A DNA stretch of 64,000 bases from NCBI GenBank assembly GCA_036402955.1, contig DASWRX010000022.1:1442-65441 (forward strand), in the 5' to 3' direction. The position numbers were made by a program, and so were the translations under genes. Origin of the DNA: Thermoanaerobaculia bacterium (lineage in GTDB: Bacteria > Acidobacteriota > Thermoanaerobaculia > Multivoradales > UBA5704). The stretch's first letter is position 1. Each line of letters begins with the position of its first letter. Positions 33,311 to 42,485 of the stretch are shown piece after piece. The notes below the pieces were generated by a model. The model was not told the DNA's origin. It ran no database searches and worked only from the letters and a program-made list of their open reading frames with translations.

Positions 33311-34825
33311 TCAGGAGTAGCCGTACTGGCCGCGGGTCATGCTGACGAAGTTCTCGTAGTCGATCTCCTTGACCAGCCGCAGCCGGCGCTCGAACAGCTC
33401 CCGGGCGGTGAAGTTGTTGCCGTCGTAGACCGGGAAATAGAAGTTCCAGCCTTCCGGGAAATCCCACACCGAGTACTTGGTCGGCATGCTGCGGAACAGC
33501 GAGATGGGGATCAGGTGGAAGACCGCGTAACGGGCCTTGGAGTCGCCGCTGGCGGTGACGAGCTCCCGGAGGTCCTGATAGCCGTCGCGGGTGTGCTCGA
33601 ACGTCTCCTCGGTCGCGTTGGGCGGGATGACCACCCCGAAGTTCATCTCCGGCAGCCCGGCGCTGGCGATCCGGGAGAGGATGCGGTTCTGGTCCTGGAC
33701 CGACTTCAGCTTCTTGTAGTTGCCCCGGCGGTCGAACGTCTCGACGGGGATGTAGACGCGGTACGCGCCCACCAGACGGCCGGTCTCGGCGTCGATCGTA
33801 TGGCTGAAGAGGGCCTCCATCACGTCTTCGTCGAGCTCGTTTTCCTTTCCCAGCAGCCGGCCGATCTCCAGGCCGTTCGGGAACTCCCAGGCGAACCTCA
33901 TCTTGCGCATCGCGGCGAACAGGTTCAGCAGATCCTCGCGCCCGCCCTTGCGGGCCGCCAGCAGGAGCAGGTTGTCGTCGGCGAAGTTGACGGTCTGGAT
34001 TCCGGCACGCTGGTAGTTCTCGAGCATGGCGAGGGAGGCGTCCAGGTCGAGAGCCTCGAACTTCGTCTGCCGGCTCTCGCAGAAATCGCATTCCCTGGGA
34101 CACCCGCGGGTGAAGTAGATGAACCCGATCGGCGAGGAGACCCCCGCCGGCACCGGACCGTCGTGGCTGTCGCTGTAGTTGTTGAGCTCCCGCAGCTTCG
34201 AGAAGGACGGATCGATGAGCTCCGGGAAGGGGTGGCTGTAGGGGCCGACGACGTTTCTGCCCGAGATGGCCATCGGCCGCGAGGAGGAGGACTGGCTGTT
34301 CAGGAAGCCCTCCGGGTCGAAGTCCCCGACGAAGGCGAGATCGGCTCCCATCGTCAGGTAGTCCTGGGCGCGCGCTTTGACGTCGGCACCGCCGACCATC
34401 ACCTTGATCGACGGCTTGCGCCGCTTGGCGTATGCGATGAGGTCGCGGATGACGCCCGACTCGTAGGTGAAGTGGCTCGACAGGCCGATCCATTCGGATC
34501 CGTCGATCGCCTCGTCCGCCGCGCTGAACGGTGCCCCCACCCGCTCGACGTCGATCCTGTATCCCTCCCAGTCGATGGTGCGGTAGATCTCGTCATGATC
34601 CGAGTCCATCACCCGGAGATCGAGGATGTCCACTTCCGCTGCGGCGTCTCTCTCGAGGATGGAGGCCACCCGCGGCAGGCTGGGTGGGATGATCTTCCGG
34701 TAGACGTTCCCGAGATAGCCGCCGGTCGTCTCGAGCTCCTCGAAGTCGGGATCCGTGAAGCCTGAGATCCTCAAGGCGACGGTGGGATGGTGGATCAGAG
34801 TCACCCTCGTCTTCGCAATTCCCAT
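33311..34825 (-). CDS. B12-binding-domain radical SAM enzyme (canonical CX3CX2C)
   Basis: Track ORF 33311..35275. The real start is probably Met151 (ATG at 34825, MGIAKTRVTLIHH...), preceded by GAGGGAAGGA. Cobalamin-domain-like segment IGLSSHFTYESGVIRDLIAYAKRRKPSIKVMVGGADV. Radical SAM motif FTRGCPRECDFCES. GC content is visibly lower than in the neighbouring synthase genes. Confidence 0.8.
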   Translation of the reverse strand: MGIAKTRVTLIHHPTVALRISGFTDPDFEELETTGGYLGNVYRKIIPPSLPRVASILERDAAAEVDILDLRVMDSDHDEIYRTIDWEGYRIDVERVGAPFSAADEAIDGSEWIGLSSHFTYESGVIRDLIAYAKRRKPSIKVMVGGADVKARAQDYLTMGADLAFVGDFDPEGFLNSQSSSSRPMAISGRNVVGPYSHPFPELIDPSFSKLRELNNYSDSHDGPVPAGVSSPIGFIYFTRGCPRECDFCESRQTKFEALDLDASLAMLENYQRAGIQTVNFADDNLLLLAARKGGREDLLNLFAAMRKMRFAWEFPNGLEIGRLLGKENELDEDVMEALFSHTIDAETGRLVGAYRVYIPVETFDRRGNYKKLKSVQDQNRILSRIASAGLPEMNFGVVIPPNATEETFEHTRDGYQDLRELVTASGDSKARYAVFHLIPISLFRSMPTKYSVWDFPEGWNFYFPVYDGNNFTARELFERRLRLVKEIDYENFVSMTRGQYGYS

Positions 34826-34942
34826 GCATCCTTCCCTCAGCCATCCTCTGGACCTGGTTGATTCCGAGTCCCAGAAGCAGCAGATTGACACCTGTGTGGT
34901 GCTTCTCAAGGGCTTATACGTGACAACTTCGGAGCTTTTGGA

Positions 34943-34971
34943 TCTATATGAAAAATGAATAATCTTAACAA
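34943..34971 (-). promoter_or_regulatory. Candidate sigma70-type promoter for the megasynthase operon (TTGTTA-17 nt-TATAGA) inside an AT-rich divergent intergenic region (34826-35018)
   Basis: Minus-strand read: TTGTTA (34971-34966), a 17-nt spacer, then TATAGA (34948-34943), about 115 nt upstream of the radical SAM ATG. This is the only strongly AT-rich stretch within about 35 kb. A plus-strand TTGGAT-16 nt-TAATCT pair could serve the divergent lipoprotein gene. Confidence 0.35.
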
Positions 34972-35018
34972 TTGCAACGGTGGGGCGTGGAGGCGGCGGC
35001 CGGAACCAGTCCTGCGGT

Positions 35019-36077
35019 ATGGTACGCCGTGCTCTCGGCCCCCGTCGGGCCGGGCTTGGAAGGGATACTCCTCTGAACGCGCACACCCGCTGGCTGGCCT
35101 TTCTGCTGGCCCTTCTGATGACTCTGCTGCTCGGTGCGGCCGCCTGCGAACCGGCGGGAGGGGTGCCGTCCGCCCTCGCCCGGCGGCGGGCTCGGGCCGC
35201 GGCCTTCAGGCCGCCGGAGGTGGCCATCGAGCTGCAGCGGGGGACGGAGCCCCGCGAGCTGGTGCGGATCGGCACCCGGGGCGTGGTGATCGGGCCGGCC
35301 GACGGGAGGCTGGAATGGAAGTTCTTCGCCGACCCCCGCCGCGCCGACGAAGCCTGGTACTTCCTGCGCGCCTACGCGCCCTTCGTGGCGAAGACGGACG
35401 CGGGAGAGCTCTCCTTCCAGGGGCGCGGCAAGGCCAGAGCCGGCGCCACCGAGCAGCGGATGATCCTCGAATGGACGCGCCAGGTGGCGTCGGAGGCGGC
35501 CGGTGGGCGCGGAGGGGCCGCCTATGGGCTCGTTCTCGCCTGGCACCAGGGAGGATCCTCGGGGATCTGCTCGGACGTGGTCCTCTACCGGACGGGCGAG
35601 GCCGTGGCCACCGCCTGCGGCTGGGAGGGGGAGGTCCGGAACCGGCTCGATCCCGGGCCGCTCGGCCGCGTCTACGGGTGGTTCGATCGCCTGCAGCCCT
35701 TCCAGGCGGGGAGCGAGACGCAGGAAGGCCCGAACCCTCACGTCGGCTCGCTCGACACCCGCCTGATCTTCGCCGGCCGGGGATCGCGGCCGGCGAAGGC
35801 GGCCGAGCAGGAAGAGATCCAGTCCTTCGCGCTGTCGCTCTTCTCGGAGCTCGCGGCGAGGAAGGGAGGAGCCCCGCCGCCGATTCCGGCTGCCCCTGGC
35901 AAGCCCGTGGGGAAGGCCGCGCCCGCCGAAGCTCCGCCCTCGCGCCTGCTCCTGCCGCCGAACGTTGCCACCCCGAAGCCGGAGGAGATCACCCTCCAGC
36001 TCCCCGAGAAGCCGCCGCCCCCACCGCCGGTGCCCGGGGGACCTACTTCGCCACCACCCCGCGGAACCCCCGGCTGA
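35019..36077 (+). CDS. Hypothetical lipoprotein with Pro-rich C-terminal tail
   Basis: Track ORF 34980..36077 (GTG start). ATG at 35019 gives MVRRALGPRRAGLGRDTPLNAHTRWLAFLLALLMTLLLGAAAC, a signal peptide plus a lipobox-like Cys. The composition is protein-like (EWKFFADPRRADEAWYFLRAYAPFVAK). No family recognised. The 3' end overlaps the convergent mprF by 35 nt. Confidence 0.55.
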   Translation: MVRRALGPRRAGLGRDTPLNAHTRWLAFLLALLMTLLLGAAACEPAGGVPSALARRRARAAAFRPPEVAIELQRGTEPRELVRIGTRGVVIGPADGRLEWKFFADPRRADEAWYFLRAYAPFVAKTDAGELSFQGRGKARAGATEQRMILEWTRQVASEAAGGRGGAAYGLVLAWHQGGSSGICSDVVLYRTGEAVATACGWEGEVRNRLDPGPLGRVYGWFDRLQPFQAGSETQEGPNPHVGSLDTRLIFAGRGSRPAKAAEQEEIQSFALSLFSELAARKGGAPPPIPAAPGKPVGKAAPAEAPPSRLLLPPNVATPKPEEITLQLPEKPPPPPPVPGGPTSPPPRGTPG

Positions 36078-38604
36078 TGAGGGCCGCGATGTCCGCCAGG
36101 ACGAGCGGGAAGGCGAGGCCGCCCGGGCAGGCGAGGTAGCGGGGCTCCCAGACCGGGTCGTACTTGTCCTTGTAGGCGCGCAGCCCCTGGAAGTTGTAGA
36201 AGTGCTCGCCGTGGCGGTAGACCAGCGCCCCCAGGCGGCTCCACAGGGGCGCGATCGACCGCGCCTCCAGCCCGGCGAGCGGCGCCATCCCGAGGTTGAA
36301 CCAGCGGTACCCCTGCGCCGACCCGTAGAGCATCAGCTCGATGAACAGGTAGTCCATCACCCCGAGCGGCGCGTCCACCGTGTGGCGCATCAAGTCGATC
36401 GAGATCTCCTCGCCCTCCCCCCCCTTCCACACGTTGGCGAAGGCCACGATCGCGCCCTCCTTGCGCACCAGGGCGAGGGGCAGGCGCCGCAGGTAGCCCG
36501 GGTCGAAGAAGCCGAGCGAGAACCCCTTCTCCCGCGTGTTCTTGGTGCGCAGCCAGTCGTCCGAGATGCGCTCGATCTCCGGCACCAGGGCCGGGACCTC
36601 CTCCGGCGGGACCACCTCGAAGGTGCAGCCCTCCTCGGCGCAGCGGCGCCAGGCGTGCCGCAGCTTCTTGCGGTTCCTGCCCTCGATGGTGAAGCCGGTG
36701 AGCGGCACGCGCGCCTCCTCGCCCAGCTTGACCAGGGTCAACCCGAGATCGACGTACATGTGCAGCATCCGCTCGCTCACCTGGTAGAAGCAGGTCCAGC
36801 CGTCGTGCCGGTCCACCAGCTCGCGGAACTTCCAGACCAGCTCCCCGCGCTCCTTCTCGGGCCCCACCGGGCCGCCCATCGACACCCAGCTCCGGCGCTC
36901 GACGCCGAACATCACGAAGGCGGTCCCCGTGTCGTTGAACAGCAGCTCCTTGTCGCCGAGCAGGGCGAGGAAGGCGTAGGTGCGCGGCGTGGCGGCGGCG
37001 ATCACGGCCGCGCGGTCGATCTCCTCCTCCGTGGGGGGGGCAGGCTCGGGTCCCGCGGGGCGCATCAGGTGGCGCATGGCGATGCCGAGCGCCACCGCCG
37101 CCACGGCCACCGAGGCGCGCAGGAAGCGCGGCGCGTTGCCGGTGCGGGAGATGGTGAACTGCCACCACAGCTCGCGCGAGTATTCGACGTGCTTGTAGGC
37201 GAAGAACCCCAGCCAGAGCGACCCCAGGATGACAATGGTGATGGCCACGCTCCAGCCCGGCGTGAACGGCTCGGCGGTGAGCGAGGTCTTGCGGTAGAAG
37301 TAACGATGGCAGGGCGCCAGCGCGGCGAACATCAGGGCCAGGATCAGCGCCTCTTCCCAGTCGAGGCCCTTGGCGAGCGAGAACACGACGCCGCCACCGA
37401 GCATCACCAGGGTGAGCTGGTAGGCCGCGTCGAGCCGCCGTTGCAGGCCGATCGCCAGGAAGAGGAGCGCGACCCCCGCCAGGCTGCCGGCGAAGTGGGA
37501 GACCTCGATGACCGGCAGCGGCAGCACGTCGTTCAGCCAGGAGAGACGCGAGTGCACCTCTGGCGTGGCCCCCGAGATGAGCAGGATGGCGCCGCCCAGG
37601 AAGGTGGTGACGGCGAGGATCTGAGGTACCACGTCCGGCGCCCGGCCGCCGAAGACACGGGCGATCTTTCCCACCTGCTCCCGCCGGCGCACGACCTCGT
37701 GCGCGCCGAGCGAGACGGCGGCGATCAGCAGCGGCAGGAAGTAGTAGACGCCACGGAAGGCGACCATCGCCGCCAGCAACTCGCCGCGCGGCAGATCCTG
37801 CGGCACCAGCAGCACCATCATCGACTCGAATACGCCGAGTCCGCCGGGCACATGGCTGAGCAGACCCGCCACCTGGGCGAACAGGAATACCCCGAGAAAG
37901 TGGAGGAAGGTGATGTTCCAGGAGGAGGGGAGGAGGGCGTAGAGCACCGTCGCCGCGAACGTCCAGTCGAGCGAAGCGATAACGATCTGCGCCGCCGCCA
38001 TCGGCGGGCGGGGGACGGTGAGCTCCAATCCCTTGAAGGTGAACGGCCGCCGGCGCGCGAACGACATGACGAGGAACGCGGCGATCAGGCTGAGGAACAG
38101 GATCCCGATCGGCCGGGCGCTCGCCATCGGCAGGTGCAGCCGCGCGGGCACGGCGATCGGATCGAGCAGGAAGGCCACCCCCGAGAGCCCGATGAACCCC
38201 AGCCAGAAGGTGATGTAGCTGAACAGTACGACGCGCGTGATGTCGATCGCCGTCATCCCCCAACCCGAATAGAGGCGGGCGCGCAGGGGGGTGCCGGTGA
38301 ACAGCGGCATCCCGAGGGTGTTGCTGAAGGCGTAGCCCGCGAAGGAGGCGAGCGCAACCTTCCAATAGGCGATGCGCTTGCCGATGTAGCGCAGGGCGAG
38401 CGCGTCGTAGCAGGTGAGGGCGAGGTAGCTCAGGGCGGTGAAGGCCAGCGCCATGACCACCCGCTGCGCCGGCAGGTCGTGGAAGAAGCGGACGATGTCC
38501 TTGTAACGGAAGTCGCGCAGCTCGCCGCGGAGCAGCCACAGGGCCAGCGCGAAGAAGAACAGGCTGAGCAGCGAGGTGAGCTTGGAGAGCTGGATTTTCT
38601 TCAA
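36043..38604 (-). CDS. mprF: Bifunctional lysylphosphatidylglycerol flippase/synthetase
   Basis: 853 aa with a TTG start 2 nt after the corA stop. N-terminal polytopic membrane part (MKKIQLSKLTSLLSLFFFALALWLLRGELRDFRYKDI...). C-terminal aminoacyl-PG synthase domain (...FYQVSERMLHMYVDLGLTLVKLGEEA...FSLGFFD...DLMRH...). Confidence 0.88.
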   Translation of the reverse strand: MKKIQLSKLTSLLSLFFFALALWLLRGELRDFRYKDIVRFFHDLPAQRVVMALAFTALSYLALTCYDALALRYIGKRIAYWKVALASFAGYAFSNTLGMPLFTGTPLRARLYSGWGMTAIDITRVVLFSYITFWLGFIGLSGVAFLLDPIAVPARLHLPMASARPIGILFLSLIAAFLVMSFARRRPFTFKGLELTVPRPPMAAAQIVIASLDWTFAATVLYALLPSSWNITFLHFLGVFLFAQVAGLLSHVPGGLGVFESMMVLLVPQDLPRGELLAAMVAFRGVYYFLPLLIAAVSLGAHEVVRRREQVGKIARVFGGRAPDVVPQILAVTTFLGGAILLISGATPEVHSRLSWLNDVLPLPVIEVSHFAGSLAGVALLFLAIGLQRRLDAAYQLTLVMLGGGVVFSLAKGLDWEEALILALMFAALAPCHRYFYRKTSLTAEPFTPGWSVAITIVILGSLWLGFFAYKHVEYSRELWWQFTISRTGNAPRFLRASVAVAAVALGIAMRHLMRPAGPEPAPPTEEEIDRAAVIAAATPRTYAFLALLGDKELLFNDTGTAFVMFGVERRSWVSMGGPVGPEKERGELVWKFRELVDRHDGWTCFYQVSERMLHMYVDLGLTLVKLGEEARVPLTGFTIEGRNRKKLRHAWRRCAEEGCTFEVVPPEEVPALVPEIERISDDWLRTKNTREKGFSLGFFDPGYLRRLPLALVRKEGAIVAFANVWKGGEGEEISIDLMRHTVDAPLGVMDYLFIELMLYGSAQGYRWFNLGMAPLAGLEARSIAPLWSRLGALVYRHGEHFYNFQGLRAYKDKYDPVWEPRYLACPGGLAFPLVLADIAALISRGFRGVVAK

Positions 38605-38606
38605 CT

Positions 38607-39698
<1,092 letters not shown>

Positions 39699-39777
39699 GT
39701 CTCCTCCCGGGCGTCCGCCGGCGGGCGGGGCGCCAGGGGGATTATGTCGCAGAGCCGGGCCGGGAGGGGGAAAGGGC

Positions 39778-41013
39778 CTACTGGCAACCGCCCCCGGCCA
39801 CGCTCGCCACGGCGGCGCAGGCGTCCACCTGGCCGATGGCACCGGGGGAGAGGGGATGGGCGGTCTTGTGGAGGATCCCCGCGAGCTGCGCGGGGGTGAG
39901 CTTCGGGCTCCGCTCGAGCAGGAGCGCGGCGATGCCGGCGACCTGGGCCGCGGCGAGGGAGCTGCCGGAGAAGAAATCGTAGGAGCCGTGCGGGGCGGTG
40001 GTCAGGATGTCCACCGAGGGCGCCGCCAGGGTCGAGACGCCGTGGCCGACGGGGACCGCGGGCTCCCGCATGTCATCGCTGCCCAGGGTGCCGATCACCC
40101 CCTGGTAGCTGGCGGGGAAGTCGCGGGCGGGCGCGCCGCCGTCGGCCGCCACCACCACGATCCCCTTCGCCAGGGCGTGGCCGATCAGCCGACCGAGCAG
40201 CGGATCCGGCGGCCCGGCGAGGCTGAAGTTGAGCACCTGCGCCCCCTGGGCGATGGCGAAGTCCACCGCCTTGGCCAGCGTATAGCTGTTGCACACCGCC
40301 TCGCGCGCTCCCGGCGGCTCCTGCCAGCAGGCCTTGAGGGCATAGATCTCCGCTCCCGGGGCCACGCTCACGATCCCCGACTCGTTGCCGCCGGTGGCGG
40401 CGATCAGGCCGGCGACGGCGGTGCCGTGGATGTCCGTGGTGAAACTCAGCTCGCCGCGGTCGACGAAGCTCTGCGCCTTGACCACCCGGCCCCGCAGGTC
40501 GGGGTGGTCGATGTCCACCCCGGTGTCCACCACGGCGACGCGGACCCCCTTGCCGGTGGCGAGGCGGTGCGCCTGTTCGAGGCGGATCGTCTGCGCGCTG
40601 TGCTGGAGATGGGCGTAGCGCGCGCCGCTGCCGCCGCCCTCGGTATGGAAGGTCTCCAGCTTCTGGACGGTTCCCACCCGCGGGTCCGAGGCGAGGCGGC
40701 GGACGAGGTCGCGCGACGGGCCCCGGAACGGACGGAAGACCACGCACTGCTCGCCGAGCGTGGACAGCTTCCAGGAGTAGACGACGATCAGGGCGTAATC
40801 GTGCGCGATCTCGTCGGTGTGCTGCTTCCAGATCTGCGCCGGGGCCGGCGGGTAGGTGACCATCACCTGGTCGTCCGTCGGCGGGGCGGCGGCCGCAGGC
40901 GGCCCGCCGGGCTTCGGGGAGCCGGAGGGCGTTCCCGCGCAGTCCATGGCGAGGAGGACGGGGAGCAGCGCTCCGGCGACCACCGCGCGGCGTAAGGGCC
41001 CGCTCGTCCTCAT
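39778..41013 (-). CDS. Secreted S8 (subtilisin-family) serine peptidase with propeptide
   Basis: Real part of track ORF 39778..41616, from Met202 (MRTSGPLRRAVVAGALLPVLLA...). Catalytic triad contexts VAVVDTGVD, HGTAVAGLIA and SGSSLAAAQVAG. The ATG at 41013 overlaps the anti-sigma TGA (ATGA). Confidence 0.85.
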   Translation of the reverse strand: MRTSGPLRRAVVAGALLPVLLAMDCAGTPSGSPKPGGPPAAAAPPTDDQVMVTYPPAPAQIWKQHTDEIAHDYALIVVYSWKLSTLGEQCVVFRPFRGPSRDLVRRLASDPRVGTVQKLETFHTEGGGSGARYAHLQHSAQTIRLEQAHRLATGKGVRVAVVDTGVDIDHPDLRGRVVKAQSFVDRGELSFTTDIHGTAVAGLIAATGGNESGIVSVAPGAEIYALKACWQEPPGAREAVCNSYTLAKAVDFAIAQGAQVLNFSLAGPPDPLLGRLIGHALAKGIVVVAADGGAPARDFPASYQGVIGTLGSDDMREPAVPVGHGVSTLAAPSVDILTTAPHGSYDFFSGSSLAAAQVAGIAALLLERSPKLTPAQLAGILHKTAHPLSPGAIGQVDACAAVASVAGGGCQ

Positions 41014-41744
41014 CGGCCGCTCAGGCCCTCCGGCGGCCTTCCCGGAGAGGTGGCGCCGTCGCCGGCGGCCGGCTCGGCGAAGACCACCTGCGACTCGGTG
41101 CGCAGGCGGGCGAGCACGATCCCCACCGGATCGCCGGTGGCCGGAACCTCGACCGTGTAGACCCCGAGCGGCGACGGACCGGCGACGATCTCGCAGCGGA
41201 TGCCGAGCAGGATCTCGCGGACCTCGCGCTCCGTCGCTCTGGGCGAGAACATCAACCGCAGCCGCAGGACGCGGGCCGGCCGCGCCACCGGGTCCGACAG
41301 CGTGCGGTAGGTGACCCCCGGCGCCGACGGGGAAGGCGCCGCGGGCGCCGGGGCCGGCCGCCCCGCGCCCCACGCCAGCGCTCCCACCAGCAGGAGGATC
41401 ATGGCGGCCTGGGCCAGCAGGGCGCCGCGCAACGGCCGGGGCGTCGCCTGGAGCAGCGCGGCCAGCCGGCCGCGCCGGGGCAGCTCCTCCTGCTCGATGC
41501 GGTCGAGGAGCCGCCGGAACTGCGCCGGATGGGGCGAGGGGGACATCTCCCCGGCACCGCTCACCGCCACGGCCGTCCGCCGGCACGCCCGCTCCTCCGC
41601 CTGGCAGCCGGCGCACCCGGCGAGGTGGGTTTCGACCTGCTGGCGTTCCCGCTCGGCGAGGGAGCCGTTGACGTACCAGGGCAGCAGCTCCCAGATCCGC
41701 CGGTGGATCCGCTCGCCGTGATCCTCCCGTTCTCGCATGGTCAT
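41010..41744 (-). CDS. Anti-sigma factor, zf-HC2 type, single-pass membrane protein
   Basis: Track ORF 41010..41789. Start at ATG 41744, or 41738, which has better AGGAGA spacing. H-x3-C-x2-C motif in THLAGCAGCQ. TM segment LLAQAAMILLLVGALAW. Periplasmic C-terminal domain of about 110 aa. Confidence 0.75.
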   Translation of the reverse strand: MTMREREDHGERIHRRIWELLPWYVNGSLAERERQQVETHLAGCAGCQAEERACRRTAVAVSGAGEMSPSPHPAQFRRLLDRIEQEELPRRGRLAALLQATPRPLRGALLAQAAMILLLVGALAWGAGRPAPAPAAPSPSAPGVTYRTLSDPVARPARVLRLRLMFSPRATEREVREILLGIRCEIVAGPSPLGVYTVEVPATGDPVGIVLARLRTESQVVFAEPAAGDGATSPGRPPEGLSGR

Positions 41745-41778
41745 TCTCCTGATCTCTCTCGAAGGTCCGACCGGGTTC

Positions 41779-42339
41779 CTAGCCCGCATATCCCGAGACG
41801 CCCAGCTCCGGCAGGAGCTCCTTCAGGCGCCGGCGGGCATGGAACATCCGCGTCTTCACCGTATTCACCGGGCAGCCCACGATCTCCGCGATCTCCTGAT
41901 AGGCGAGCCCGTAGTAATAGGTCAGCTCCACCACCGCCCGCTGCTCCGGCGACAGGGCGCCGATCGCCCGCCCCAGCACGCTCGCGAGCTCCCGCCGCAC
42001 CGCCAGGCGTTCGGGCTCCTCGGTATCCACCGGCTCGGCGCTCTCCTCCGCGGTCCCCTGCGGCTCCTGCGGCCGGCGGGCGATGGCCTTCAGCGCCTTG
42101 TGGTAGGCGATGCCGAAGATCCAGGTCGACGGGCGCGAGCGGCCGTCGAAGCTGGCCGCCCCTTTCCAGATGGCGAGCATGACGTCGTTGAGCACTTCCT
42201 CCACCAGGTCCGCCCGCCGGGTGAGCTTCAATAGATACCCGAACAGGCGGCGGTAGTAGAGATGGTAGAGCGCCTCGAAGGCCCGGCGGTCCTTCGTGGC
42301 CACCCGTCGCAGCAGAGTCAGCTCGTCGTTGGACGGCAT
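41779..42339 (-). CDS. ECF-subfamily RNA polymerase sigma-70 factor
   Basis: Track ORF 41779..42468. Start at Met44 (ATG at 42339, MPSNDELTLLRRVATKDRRAFEALY...). Region 2 (VMLAIWKGAASFDGRSRPSTWIFGIAYHKA) and region 4 (LSPEQRAVVELTYYYGLAYQEIAEIVGCPVNTVKTRMFHARRRLKE). Confidence 0.9.
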   Translation of the reverse strand: MPSNDELTLLRRVATKDRRAFEALYHLYYRRLFGYLLKLTRRADLVEEVLNDVMLAIWKGAASFDGRSRPSTWIFGIAYHKALKAIARRPQEPQGTAEESAEPVDTEEPERLAVRRELASVLGRAIGALSPEQRAVVELTYYYGLAYQEIAEIVGCPVNTVKTRMFHARRRLKELLPELGVSGYAG

Positions 42340-42351
42340 TGCATCCAGTCT

Positions 42352-42425
42352 GTCCCGGCGGTTGGGGAAAAGGTTCAACGGCGAGTGTACACTGTCCCTA
42401 GAACCTTTTTTCCCCTGCCGGGAAC
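42352..42425. promoter_or_regulatory. Mirror-symmetric element in the divergent sigma/cupredoxin intergenic region (candidate operator and/or paired divergent promoters)
   Basis: Perfect 9-bp inverted repeat AAAAGGTTC (42368-42376) / GAACCTTTT (42401-42409), sharing its centre (42388.5) with the 8-bp palindrome GTGTACAC (42385-42392). Read outward, both arms continue similarly: GAACCTTTTCCCCAACCGCCGGGAC on the minus strand and GAACCTTTTTTCCCCTGCCGGGAAC on the plus strand. Confidence 0.4.
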
Positions 42426-42485
42426 CTATCGATGAACGCCCGCGGGCCGCCCGCGGCGCCGCTTTCATCCAAGGAGGAGATCCGA

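Noticed and set aside
34826-35275. 150-codon upstream extension of the radical SAM ORF, and the 67-aa plus-strand ORF 34755..34958
   Set aside because: The extension crosses the AT-rich promoter region, overlaps the divergent lipoprotein gene and is Arg-rich nonsense. The 67-aa ORF is antisense to the radical SAM start and spans intergenic DNA.
36043-36077. 35-nt convergent overlap between the hypothetical lipoprotein gene and mprF, considered as a possible antisense regulatory feature
   Set aside because: It more likely reflects uncertainty about the true extent of the lipoprotein's Pro-rich tail. There is no specific structure to support a function.
42340-42485. Assigning a canonical ECF promoter (GGAAC-N16/17-CGT) in the intergenic region
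   Set aside because: GAACC boxes are present (42401, 42421 and the reverse complement at 42376), but no CGT-type -10 occurs at the right spacing. Only the symmetry is reported as fact.
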